DNA of 64,000 bases from Gammaproteobacteria bacterium (GCA_024638505.1 JAHEKE010000012.1:7509-71508); one strand, 5' to 3'; numbered from the stretch's first letter, positions 43,801 through 53,206 are shown. Made by a program: numbers and translations. The notes: generated by a model from the letters alone, not told the origin.

Positions 43801-46383
43801 TTAGTGCTGCTCTCGACTGACTTGTGCAGTGCTCGGTAGAATACGCTGGTACAGGTCGTGGGTTTCCCGCGCATTCTGCGCAACGGAGTTGATGCGCAGG
43901 CTCGCTGTTACGGCCGGTTCTACGGGCTGTTTGTATTTCTGCCAGTTCTGATCCAGCTCCAGCAGTATTTCCTGGCAACGGACCGTGTCTCCCGGATCAA
44001 ACGAAAACCCATTCCTGCCTTCCCGCAGCGCGCCCTGCATTCCGCCGGCGGATGCAGCGACCACCCAAATTCCCAGCAGCGATGCTTCCCGCAGTGCCAG
44101 GCCGAAGCTCTCAGGCCAAAGAGAAGGAATGATCAGCACGTCGATCATTGAATAGAATTCCCCTGCTTTGTCGAAATTATACTTTGGGTAAATCCGAACC
44201 TCCGTATTGCCCCATTTTTCAGACCGCACCCGGTCATGTTCAGAAAAAACGTCGGTGATGACAAGTCTGCTCTTAGCAAGAGATGCGTTGCTAATGACCT
44301 CTTTTAAAAAGTAATAGCCTTTGTGTACCGCTTTTCCACCAACATAGCCCAGGGTCAGGTCGGTACCGCTGCGTTTCTCATATGCAGTAATTTTGTCAAC
44401 ACCGTTTTCTATAGTCTGGATACCTGAAAATCCATTTTTGCGGTACAAATCAGCCTGATAGTCCGACACCGCGACCAGCCCATGCACACGGTTTAATCTG
44501 TCACGAAGATATCGATTGCGTTCGAGGGTAGCGTTGACATCGAAGCTGCTTTTACTTGCCACAAAGGGATTCGCGATATTAGGACTGACCAGCCTGCCGA
44601 AAGCATCGATCATAAAGGGATAGTCGGAAATCCACCAGGAGTCGTGCACGCTGACAACGCGCGCTAAGCCCAAAATTTCAGCCGATTCGAGCAGCGATGC
44701 GGTCAGCCGCTGAATGCTGTGGAAATGAATAAGGTCGGGCTGTTGGTATTGCAGGAAACGTTTGAATATGTCCCGCACGTTGTCATCTTTGTGCTGGATG
44801 TCAACATCCGGGCGCAGCGGGATGCTGATTGAGGTGACTACAACGTCATCGTACAGGTACTGATTAAGAGCATAGGGTTTGGTTCCGGCCCAGTCACAGG
44901 TGAATACGCTGATGTCATAGTGGTCGGGGTATTCCCTTTTAAGCGCATCTATTAGTTCCTTAGCGATGCGGGTAGCGCCCCCCATGGCCTGGGGTGGAAA
45001 TTTTGTATTGACCACGAGCAAGCGGACTTTTTGATCAGCACTTGATGGCAACGGTTCGAACTGCGCTTGCGCGCACTTAAATACCAACTCGCTGAAGCGT
45101 TGAGTTAACGCATCGATGCCATAGCGTTGCTGCACAGACTGTCTGGCCTGCGCTCCTATTTTGAGGCGTAACTCCGGCTCGTTGACCAATTGTGACAGGA
45201 TGTTTTCCCACTGTTCCGCACTGCTCGCCATGAATCCGTTGTGGCCATGATTGATTACTTTCTTATACACGGTAGTCGAAGTGACCACAGAGGGCACGCC
45301 GAGGAAGCCCGCCTCCATCCACTTTATTTCACTTTTACAGTCGGCGAACAGACCAGGCTCCAGGGGTGCGATGTTGATATCGGCATAGGCCAGCAGCTGC
45401 AGATAGGACTCATACTGCAGAAAATCAATAATGTGTATTCGCTCAGCGAAACTATCGAGGCCGCGGTCTGGACAGACCGGTCCCACTATAATCAGGTGTA
45501 ACTGCGGGTAATCGGTTAACAGCTTGTGCAGCGCTCCTGCCAAGCAGGCAAAATCTCCATCGTGTGTGTTGGTGCCACTGCCATAAAAAATGGTTACCTC
45601 ATCAGCGCTTTTTTCAGCTTTGCTGTCTCGCGACGCCGCCTCTAGTTCGCGCGAGATTCCGTTGGGCAATACGTGCGCCGTGACGCCCTCTGTTTTTTCC
45701 ACTTCCAGGCGCAGCGGATCGGTTGAAACAAAGCAGAAGGGCACGGCGGATAACGCATGCTGATAAAGATCTGCCCCGGTCAACAGATTCCTGTACTGCT
45801 TCTTGGTCAGTTGCCCCCGGTTTTTATCAAACTTCAGCGACAGCTGCTGGCGATCAAAAACCAGATCGTCCAGATCATATATCAGCAGCTTGTTTAGAAA
45901 CTTGGCGTACTCGATGTACGACATCACCGGGGGAAATCCGGGTACCCGGTAAAGCACAATGACGTCATGAAAATGGAGCGCGCGCTCAACGGCCGGGACA
46001 TCAGACCAGGGTAGCCACTCCGCGTCCCATCCCAGCCTGCTCAGCATATTGAGTTTCTGTTGCACCCTGTACTGGAAGCACTGGGGTATGCTCGCCTCAA
46101 CTACCAGAAGAACGCTGGGTTTTGCCGGGAACTTAGCGCGCGGCATTTTCTCCGCAGCGGCAGGGACCGTGTCGACGTCCTGCGTCAGCGCCGTGCGGTG
46201 AAGAGTGCGATATATGTAAAGCCCCGATTTGACCATCCCGAGGAAGAGGTAATTGGCGATATTGTAGGCAGACGCGGTTAACGGGTGGCGCTGTGCCCAG
46301 GCCATCGCCAGTTCCGCGCGTCTTTTGTCAAGACGCTTAAAATGGAGCGTGGAGAGAGCGCCCTTAATACGAGAAATCATCAC
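43801..46383 (-). CDS. Two-module GT-B glycosyltransferase (GT1/GT4-like domains in tandem)
   Basis: 860 aa. Module 1 (about aa 90-440): IYDLDDLVFD, FYGSGTNTHDGDF, NIAPLEPGLFADCKSEIKWMEAGFLGVPSV. Module 2 (about aa 470-830): LLVVNTKFPPQAMGGATR and the E-x7-E motif PSLWPESFGLALREA. Confidence 0.75.
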   Translation of the reverse strand: MMISRIKGALSTLHFKRLDKRRAELAMAWAQRHPLTASAYNIANYLFLGMVKSGLYIYRTLHRTALTQDVDTVPAAAEKMPRAKFPAKPSVLLVVEASIPQCFQYRVQQKLNMLSRLGWDAEWLPWSDVPAVERALHFHDVIVLYRVPGFPPVMSYIEYAKFLNKLLIYDLDDLVFDRQQLSLKFDKNRGQLTKKQYRNLLTGADLYQHALSAVPFCFVSTDPLRLEVEKTEGVTAHVLPNGISRELEAASRDSKAEKSADEVTIFYGSGTNTHDGDFACLAGALHKLLTDYPQLHLIIVGPVCPDRGLDSFAERIHIIDFLQYESYLQLLAYADINIAPLEPGLFADCKSEIKWMEAGFLGVPSVVTSTTVYKKVINHGHNGFMASSAEQWENILSQLVNEPELRLKIGAQARQSVQQRYGIDALTQRFSELVFKCAQAQFEPLPSSADQKVRLLVVNTKFPPQAMGGATRIAKELIDALKREYPDHYDISVFTCDWAGTKPYALNQYLYDDVVVTSISIPLRPDVDIQHKDDNVRDIFKRFLQYQQPDLIHFHSIQRLTASLLESAEILGLARVVSVHDSWWISDYPFMIDAFGRLVSPNIANPFVASKSSFDVNATLERNRYLRDRLNRVHGLVAVSDYQADLYRKNGFSGIQTIENGVDKITAYEKRSGTDLTLGYVGGKAVHKGYYFLKEVISNASLAKSRLVITDVFSEHDRVRSEKWGNTEVRIYPKYNFDKAGEFYSMIDVLIIPSLWPESFGLALREASLLGIWVVAASAGGMQGALREGRNGFSFDPGDTVRCQEILLELDQNWQKYKQPVEPAVTASLRINSVAQNARETHDLYQRILPSTAQVSREQH

Positions 46384-47926
46384 GGTTTTGATTCAGATTC
46401 GGATTGTAATAAGGATCGCCGCGAGATAATCTGTGGGCGTAGATTTCAGCAAAGTGCTTTCGTTCCAAGGCAAAGCGATCTTTCTTCTCCGCCGAGGTCT
46501 CATACCCGCGGGAAATGGACTCGTGATGATAAGCCCGGGCATGGGGTGTGAATACGTTGCGATATCCTCTGCCTTCTGCCCGCAAACAAAAATCGACGTC
46601 GTTAAAAGCGATTTTAAACCGGCTTGCATCAAAACCGTTGAGCTGATCATGCAGCTCGATCTTGAACAAGCACAGCGCCGCGGTCACGGCACTCACGTTC
46701 TGTACGCAGATTAGTCTGTTCATGTAGCCCTTGGCGTGCGCAGGAAAGTGCTTGTGTAAGTGCGCGATATAGCCAGATTTCTGTACGCTGATCCCGGCGT
46801 GCTGAATAGTGTCATTCGGATACAGTAGTTTGGCGCCAACCACGCCAACTTTCTCCCTTTGTCCATGCTCAAGCATAGCGTGCAGCCAGCCAGAATTTAT
46901 CACGGTAACATCGTTGTTCATCAAAACGATGAACTTGCCTGTTGCCATGCCGACGCCGAAATTAACCAAAGCGGAAAAGTTGAAAGGAACGTTGTGTTCG
47001 AAAAATCGAATGCGCCGGTCCTGCCTGGAAAACTGCCGCATTAGCTCATAGATCGTAAGCGATTGCGACCGGTTGGATACTCCGATTACCTCAAAATTCT
47101 GAAATTCGGTTCTACCCATAACGGCATCGAGACATTGCCTCAGCAGTTGCGGCTTGTCTCTGAATGGAATAATAATACTGACTTTAGGATTTCCCGTTAC
47201 TTTGTAATTCAGCCGGTAAACGTTGCCGTTGATTTTCTCGACCCCAACGTCTAAGTCTCGCTCTCGGCAGCGCCTGGTCAGAACGGCGGCGGCGTTGCTC
47301 GACTCCCGCCGTGGCCTCGCGTGATACAGCGGCTGCGCGATATGTGCAATTGGTCTGCCATCGGTAAAGGCGCTGAGCAGTAATCTGTATCGCTCTTTTA
47401 AGTAGTGTGCCGGATCGATGCCGCCGAGTTGAGCCAGCGCTGACTTTTTAATGCATAGCAAGGCACCGACGTAATCTGAGTGCAGAAAAAACTCCGGCGC
47501 CGCATCGGGTTTAAACAGCGGCTCTGACAGACGGCCCTGGCTGTCGATGCGGTCTTCATCGGTGTAAATAATGTCGGGCTGTTCGGCGTGCGCCACCGCG
47601 GCGATCTTGCTCAGCGCGTTATCGCTTAGCCAGTCGCCTGCGGGTAAGAACAAGTAAAAATAGCTGTGCTCGGATGCCGTGTATTCTTGGCTTGTTTTAG
47701 CGAAAGCTTCACTTGCGACGATCTCCAACTCATCGGTAAAACGCGCTGTGATACGGTTGAGTGTGCCTGCGCTATGCAGGCCGGCATACGCGATCAAGGA
47801 GACTCTGACGCTGCTATGATCGGCTAGACAGGAAAGAGAACTTTTGATTGCTTGCTGCACCCGATCGCCGCTTTGTGCGTGCAGCAGAAGGCACAGGTGC
47901 AGGGTAGGGCACCGATTGTCCGTCAT
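46364..47926 (-). CDS. Family-2 glycosyltransferase with a degenerate N-terminal GT2-like half
   Basis: The start chosen is the ATG at 47926, an ATGA overlap with the upstream ORF. The C-terminal half is canonical GT2 (KVSIIIPFRDKPQLLRQCLDAV..., VLMNNDV, DVDFCLR). The N-terminal half (PTLHLCLLLHAQSGDRVQQAIKSSLS..., IIYTDEDRID) looks like a decayed GT2 domain. Confidence 0.75.
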   Translation of the reverse strand: MTDNRCPTLHLCLLLHAQSGDRVQQAIKSSLSCLADHSSVRVSLIAYAGLHSAGTLNRITARFTDELEIVASEAFAKTSQEYTASEHSYFYLFLPAGDWLSDNALSKIAAVAHAEQPDIIYTDEDRIDSQGRLSEPLFKPDAAPEFFLHSDYVGALLCIKKSALAQLGGIDPAHYLKERYRLLLSAFTDGRPIAHIAQPLYHARPRRESSNAAAVLTRRCRERDLDVGVEKINGNVYRLNYKVTGNPKVSIIIPFRDKPQLLRQCLDAVMGRTEFQNFEVIGVSNRSQSLTIYELMRQFSRQDRRIRFFEHNVPFNFSALVNFGVGMATGKFIVLMNNDVTVINSGWLHAMLEHGQREKVGVVGAKLLYPNDTIQHAGISVQKSGYIAHLHKHFPAHAKGYMNRLICVQNVSAVTAALCLFKIELHDQLNGFDASRFKIAFNDVDFCLRAEGRGYRNVFTPHARAYHHESISRGYETSAEKKDRFALERKHFAEIYAHRLSRGDPYYNPNLNQNRDDFSY

Positions 47927-48684
47927 CTTCCACTCCGGTTTTGATAACCGTTGGCTGCGCGCCATCTTTCGTAGTCTGTTTGTCTTTTTTTCTTCCACCA
48001 GCTTGGTTGAATCAGCCTGTAGCAGGCTTTTACCGTACCTACCGTTTTGAGTTTTTCGTAGTAGTGATTAAATAAAACAAATACCCGCCACAGGGGGGAG
48101 CGCTTGCAGGCGGTAAAAACATCCTGCTCAGCGCGCATCAGCTTCAATTCTGCTTCCAGCGCACGTACCTGTTGCTCCAGTTTTTCCTGATTGGTTAGGA
48201 ACAGATCGCGGGCGAGAAGATATGCATCGCTGAACAGGTACTCAAGTGATAGGCGAAGCTCAAGTCTGCGTGACGAATCGAGCATCACGTTCGGTGTAAA
48301 ATGGACCGTTATGCTGGGATCGACGGAACTGACCGCGTACAGTTCCCCCAGAATTTTCTGGTTCAAGGTCAAACCGCTAACGGTGGTCCGCTGCTGGATT
48401 TCACCCGCACCGCACAGATCGATCAATGTTTCCTTATCTTCTTTGCCGGTAAGGAGCGAAAGGTTGAGGCTGTACAGCTTGAGGTAAGCAATGCTTTGGT
48501 TTGCGGCATCGGGTGGGATCAGGTTCACTCGCACGGCTTCTATCGTGCAGGCCGGTTCGCTGATGCCGAACACCAGCTCCTGATCGTCCTGGGTCAAGGC
48601 AACAGTTACGGCCAGTCTGCGTTCGTCTGAAAAATCCTCACCGGGGCCGCGATAAAACAAGAAGGCCGTGTTAAAAATAGGCAA
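47923..48684 (-). CDS. Hypothetical protein: beta-rich N-domain + coiled coil + Y-x-x-W tail (module usually fused to GT2 enzymes)
   Basis: 253 aa. FLFYRGPGEDFSDE...AVRVNLIPPD, coiled coil LEQQVRALEAELKLMRAEQ, ending in DYERWRAANG. First gene of the minus-strand operon. Confidence 0.6.
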   Translation of the reverse strand: MPIFNTAFLFYRGPGEDFSDERRLAVTVALTQDDQELVFGISEPACTIEAVRVNLIPPDAANQSIAYLKLYSLNLSLLTGKEDKETLIDLCGAGEIQQRTTVSGLTLNQKILGELYAVSSVDPSITVHFTPNVMLDSSRRLELRLSLEYLFSDAYLLARDLFLTNQEKLEQQVRALEAELKLMRAEQDVFTACKRSPLWRVFVLFNHYYEKLKTVGTVKACYRLIQPSWWKKKRQTDYERWRAANGYQNRSGR

Positions 48685-48890
48685 AGTGTCTCCCCGACGC
48701 AGGTAACTGTTGATTTTGCAGGATGGAATGTATACTCATTCAGGGTTATAGCAGCCGCCGCATTACGGTCATAACAGCACGCACTCAATATTAACACGTG
48801 ATATCACGCCTTCATGCACCGTGCCGGGATCTGTCTGCTCTCACCATGACCGCAACAAAGTATGAGCATAACCTGACTTGATTATCAGAG

Positions 48891-49880
48891 ATGAAGCGGA
48901 ATAATCTGGGATGTGATGTGCCTTCGGCCTCAGCCGGGCGGATCAGGGAAGCTCTGCAGCAAACTTATGTTGTGGTGGTGACCTACAACCCGGATGTGGA
49001 TGTATTGCATCGGCAATTTGTCAGGCTTGCCGCAGAAGGAATAAGCGTAGTTGTGGTAGACAACTGTTCGCGCAATCACAACGACGTCTCCGCTATGGTT
49101 TTGAAGCATGCTTTTGGGCTTATCTCGCTGGCGCAAAATGAGGGCGTGGCCGCGGCCCATAACCACGGCATCGAGTATATCAGATCCAAAGGCGGGAAAT
49201 TTCTGATTTTTCTCGACCAGGATTCAACTCCTGAAGCAGGGGCATTCGCTACTTTGGTTAACGCCTATTTTTCTCACTGCGCGACTGCAAAGGTGGGGGC
49301 GATTGGTTCCAGTTACACCCTGCCGGCAGGGAATCAGGGTTCATCGTTTGTGCGGTTTGGCTGGTTTCACTTCAATAAGATTTACTGTCAGCATGATTCA
49401 TTGGCAACACACGAAGTCGATTTTTTAATTTCTTCAGGCACGTTGATCCCCCTCGCGGTGATTGATGAGGTCGGCTTGATGCTGAAAAACCTCTTTATCG
49501 ATCATGTTGATACCGACTGGTTTCTGCGGGCCAGGTCGTACGAGTATCAGTTCTACGGTTGCTGCGCATCCAGGATGAGCCACGCTCTGGGCGAGAGAAC
49601 GGTCAGGGTTTGGCTTGGGCGATGGCGCACTGTTCCGGTACACAAAGGATTCCGCTATTTTTTTACGTTCAGAAACAGTTTGTGGTTGTACAAACAGTCC
49701 TACGCGCCGACCAAGTGGATCAGCGCTGACATCATGAGGTTGATTTACATATTTATCTTCTCCGGCGTGCTGGCGGCAGAGCGGAAAGAAAACATTAAGT
49801 GGATGTGGAAAGGAATACGGGCGGGACTGCGCAGTGAAGATTTACCGTCTAAAGACTGGGGCCTTGAGGCCACGCTTTAA
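48891..49880 (+). CDS. Family-2 glycosyltransferase (rhamnosyltransferase-like)
   Basis: 329 aa. YVVVVTYNPDVDVL...VVVVDNCS, NEGVAAAHN, FLDQDS and DHVDTDWFLR are typical of WbbL/RfbQ-type GT2 enzymes. Confidence 0.8.
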   Translation: MKRNNLGCDVPSASAGRIREALQQTYVVVVTYNPDVDVLHRQFVRLAAEGISVVVVDNCSRNHNDVSAMVLKHAFGLISLAQNEGVAAAHNHGIEYIRSKGGKFLIFLDQDSTPEAGAFATLVNAYFSHCATAKVGAIGSSYTLPAGNQGSSFVRFGWFHFNKIYCQHDSLATHEVDFLISSGTLIPLAVIDEVGLMLKNLFIDHVDTDWFLRARSYEYQFYGCCASRMSHALGERTVRVWLGRWRTVPVHKGFRYFFTFRNSLWLYKQSYAPTKWISADIMRLIYIFIFSGVLAAERKENIKWMWKGIRAGLRSEDLPSKDWGLEATL

Positions 49881-51063
49881 GGCAGTCTCCCGCATAGGGT
49901 GCGGGTTATTAACTGTGCTGCTGCTGTCAGCGACGGCGTCGTTGTTTGCGGATCCTTACTTTCCGCCGTCAGACCTGGCCGGAGGCTGGAGGAAAAGCAC
50001 GGACCCCGGATTCATTCGGTCGTTGGGGCTTGACCCGGTGAGGCTGCAGGAGTTTGGCGCGTACAATCTATCTATTCCCAGTGAAGAGATACAAAGTGCG
50101 CTGGTGATTAAAGACGGCTGGTTGGTCGGGGAGTGGTACAGCAGGTACGACGGCGCGACGTTTACAATCTACCTGGCCTCTGTAGGCAAAACGGTCGCCA
50201 CCGTGTGTTTCGGCATCGCCGTTAAGGATGCGCTTGAGGGCAGGATTCCGCACCGCCTGGACCGACACGCGCCGGTATACGATCGTGCGTGGCTGCAAGC
50301 CGGGTTTCCGCTATCAGACCCGAGAAAGAAGAGCATCACGTTTGATCACATTTTTCGCCACACTTCAGGGCTCATGCCGCAGCAGACGGGGGATGGGGCC
50401 GTCGTGGAGATGGGGCGGAATGATTGGACTGACTACGTGTCCTGGGTAGTCGGCCGGGATCGCCGCTGGCCGCAGACCGGCATGCTGTACTTCCCACCCG
50501 GGGAGCCCGAGGCCTATACAGGCCGGGAGCAGTGGGGTGTTCATCAGGGTGCCTACAGCAGCCTGGCATTTGCCCACATCGGGCTGGTGATTAAGGAACT
50601 GTACGCCATGCCGGCCCACCAGTTTTTATGGACCCGGCTGCTCAACCCGCTGGGTTTCACCGGCGTCGACTACCATGACCCACCCGATCCGCCTGAAATC
50701 AAGTGGTTTTCCGCCGGCGGGCTCATGATGACGCCGCGCGATTTCGCCAGATTCAGCTATTTTCTGCTGCATCAGGGCGTATGGGAAGGTAAGGAACTAC
50801 TTGAGGAACACTGGATTAATGCATTTACTTCAACACCTTACTATGAAAACCTAAGGTCAAATGTTGATAGCTTTTTTGGCCAGCAGTACCCGCCGGACAT
50901 GTTTAGATTGTTTGGGTCAGGCGGCAACATGGCATTTGTCATCCCCAGTCATAACCTTATCGTGCTCAGAACCGGCCGGGTGGATAATTTTTTTACGGAG
51001 GTTCTGCAGCGGGATTTTCTGCGGCGCGCATTCCGCATGATTCCAGGACACGCAACCGATTAG
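49834..51063 (+). CDS. Secreted beta-lactamase-fold serine hydrolase (class C / esterase-like)
   Basis: Signal peptide ...GCGLLTVLLLSATASLFA-DP, S-x-x-K nucleophile motif LASVGKT, and FRHTSGL. The GTG at 49834 overlaps the GT2 gene by 47 nt; an in-frame TTG at 49864 would give a cleaner signal peptide. Confidence 0.75.
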   Translation: MKIYRLKTGALRPRFKAVSRIGCGLLTVLLLSATASLFADPYFPPSDLAGGWRKSTDPGFIRSLGLDPVRLQEFGAYNLSIPSEEIQSALVIKDGWLVGEWYSRYDGATFTIYLASVGKTVATVCFGIAVKDALEGRIPHRLDRHAPVYDRAWLQAGFPLSDPRKKSITFDHIFRHTSGLMPQQTGDGAVVEMGRNDWTDYVSWVVGRDRRWPQTGMLYFPPGEPEAYTGREQWGVHQGAYSSLAFAHIGLVIKELYAMPAHQFLWTRLLNPLGFTGVDYHDPPDPPEIKWFSAGGLMMTPRDFARFSYFLLHQGVWEGKELLEEHWINAFTSTPYYENLRSNVDSFFGQQYPPDMFRLFGSGGNMAFVIPSHNLIVLRTGRVDNFFTEVLQRDFLRRAFRMIPGHATD

Positions 51064-51157
51064 CTTCCACCATCACGGCCCGACGTTCCGTCAGCGCAAT
51101 CGTTGGAAAATTTCGACCGCAGTGCCTCGGAGCGGCTTGCTGCCGGTGGAGGCGTCC

Positions 51158-53206
51158 TTAAAACTGATACTTGAGGATCCCGAGGACGCTGGTTTCCGAC
51201 GGTGCTTCGGTGACGTGCTCCGGATTGATCCGATGCATGACGTGAGTCGTAAAGCGCAGCTTCTTGCCCACCCACATGCGGTAAAAAGCTTCCACCGCCA
51301 ATTCACGTTCGCCCGAACCCAGGTCAACCCGCTCCTGCGCGCTCAAAATAACGTTATCCAGGCTTCTCGATTGAGGCACGGTTAAGTTGACTTCACCGCT
51401 TACGACTTTCAGCGGCTGGGAGACTGCGAATCCGAGGCGATCCTGATCTCGTGCGATATTGTCGAACAGGAACCCCAGGCCCCAGGCGTCGGAACGAAGT
51501 CCGGAAAAGTCGCTGAGTAGCGTTCCTCCGCTGCGGTCATCAACCTGTGAGTAACCCTGCGAGTAGTTACCGATAAGCCGAATGCCGGAGGCCAGTCGGT
51601 AGGAGCCAGACAGGCCAAATGAATAAGTTAAGGTATCGTCGACGCTGTACGGCCCGCCTGTGGATCCGCCAAACATGCTGCCGTATTCCAGCAGCTGTCC
51701 GAAAGATGCGCTCAGAGCGTAACGATCCTGCCTGTGGCTGAATTCGAAAATAGCCGCATCACTGCGCAACCCCCACTCGGTTTGATCATCCACCCGGGAC
51801 AGGCCAACGCTGATGCTGGAATTGTCGGTGAAGGCGTGGGTCAGGTGAGAGGCATGACCGCGACCGGAGAAGCCGAGGAAAGGGGAAGAAAAAATGTCGT
51901 TAGACAAAAAGCTGATTTGGTCCTCGGCGGCGGCAGTTAGGCCAAGGGCACCGAATTCATGGGTGATTCCGCTGTTGATGTGAAAGCTGTACCCGGATCC
52001 GCTGGTGGAGTATTGATAGACCGACATAGTGGGGGCGGGGTCGAAATGTCGATCATCATTGAGCCAGCTGGTGGGCTGATACACCGTCTGGTTTTCACGC
52101 GTAGGTTGCATGATGCGCAAAAAACCTGTGATGTTTTCAGATTGACTGAAGACGTGGGTTTTTTCGAGGGTATTTAGGGACTTGAGAATGCTATGCAGAG
52201 AGCTCCGGTCGGATCGGGTCTGGGTAATTTTGGTCAGGTCCATGACGTAGGCACGGTCCCAGCCGTCCGTTACCAGCGTGGTTTCCAGCGGCTTTTTACG
52301 CGTTAGCGCATAGGCAATTGCCCCTCCTACGACGGCCACCGCAACTATGGCCGCACCGCTTCCGCCGCCGCCACCGCCACCGCTATCGGGGATGCTGATC
52401 TCGCCATCCGGATTGAGCGCGGCCTGACGGTTGGCACGACCGTGCCCGAATACCGGGTCAACTCCGGGCGCACCAATGTCATCGGCTGTGGCAAAAATGA
52501 TATTAACCGCATCCTGCGCGCTCAGATTAGGGAATCGGGTTAAAAGCAGGGCAACAAGCCCAGAGACGTGCGGTTTGGAGAACGAGGTGCCCTGCGTGGA
52601 GCTAAAGTTGTTGCGACCCGGTGCGACCACATAAAACTGCGCGAGATTTCCCGCGCGATTGCTATAGGGCTCGATATTGTTGTTGGAATCGGCGGCGCCG
52701 ACGATGATCGCAGCACCATTCAGGCTGGGTGCAAACGTGGCAATCCCGTCAGGTCGCGGCCCGGCGCGATTACCCGCATTCATCACCAGCACTTTGTTGG
52801 CGCCGACGGCTGCCTGCAAAGAAGCAAGGCTGAGTGGATTGCGATTACTCAAGTCGATAACCCTAACGTCAGCCATGTCGATTGCGGCTGCCAGCGCTTG
52901 TTCACTTATCGCGGGGTTGAAATCAAAAGTCTGGCCCACTATTTTCAGCGCCACCATGTCTCTCGGCGGTACAAATTGATTTATCACCTGGGTAATGGTT
53001 GTGCCGTGCTGATTGGAAGTTTCGTCGTTTGGATTCATGTCCCCACGGACAAAATCTGTACCGGTTACCCCCGGTAAATTGCTGCCTGAATCCAGGATGG
53101 CGACTTTTGCCGCCTGCGCCTGCCCGCTGCCCGCAACGGCGGTTAACAGGGTGATGGTCAGGGTAAGGATCGAACGAAAAAATCCGTGACGCAATGTTAT
53201 ATGCAT
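51158..53206 (-). CDS. Subtilisin-family (S8) serine protease autotransporter
   Basis: 682 aa with a signal peptide ending AQA-AK. Catalytic triad contexts VAILDSG (D39), QHGTT (H67) and GTSFSKPHVSG (S208). These are followed by a Gly7 tract, a 17-aa hydrophobic helix, and a beta-rich C-terminal domain of about 370 aa ending LGILKYQF (aromatic terminus typical of OM barrels). Confidence 0.8.
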   Translation of the reverse strand: MHITLRHGFFRSILTLTITLLTAVAGSGQAQAAKVAILDSGSNLPGVTGTDFVRGDMNPNDETSNQHGTTITQVINQFVPPRDMVALKIVGQTFDFNPAISEQALAAAIDMADVRVIDLSNRNPLSLASLQAAVGANKVLVMNAGNRAGPRPDGIATFAPSLNGAAIIVGAADSNNNIEPYSNRAGNLAQFYVVAPGRNNFSSTQGTSFSKPHVSGLVALLLTRFPNLSAQDAVNIIFATADDIGAPGVDPVFGHGRANRQAALNPDGEISIPDSGGGGGGGSGAAIVAVAVVGGAIAYALTRKKPLETTLVTDGWDRAYVMDLTKITQTRSDRSSLHSILKSLNTLEKTHVFSQSENITGFLRIMQPTRENQTVYQPTSWLNDDRHFDPAPTMSVYQYSTSGSGYSFHINSGITHEFGALGLTAAAEDQISFLSNDIFSSPFLGFSGRGHASHLTHAFTDNSSISVGLSRVDDQTEWGLRSDAAIFEFSHRQDRYALSASFGQLLEYGSMFGGSTGGPYSVDDTLTYSFGLSGSYRLASGIRLIGNYSQGYSQVDDRSGGTLLSDFSGLRSDAWGLGFLFDNIARDQDRLGFAVSQPLKVVSGEVNLTVPQSRSLDNVILSAQERVDLGSGERELAVEAFYRMWVGKKLRFTTHVMHRINPEHVTEAPSETSVLGILKYQF

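Noticed and set aside
52355-52384. A (GGN)7 glycine-codon repeat in the autotransporter, considered as a variable-number tandem repeat.
   Set aside because: The codons are mixed (GGT/GGC/GGA), which limits slippage. It is mentioned under the autotransporter finding rather than reported as a repeat locus.
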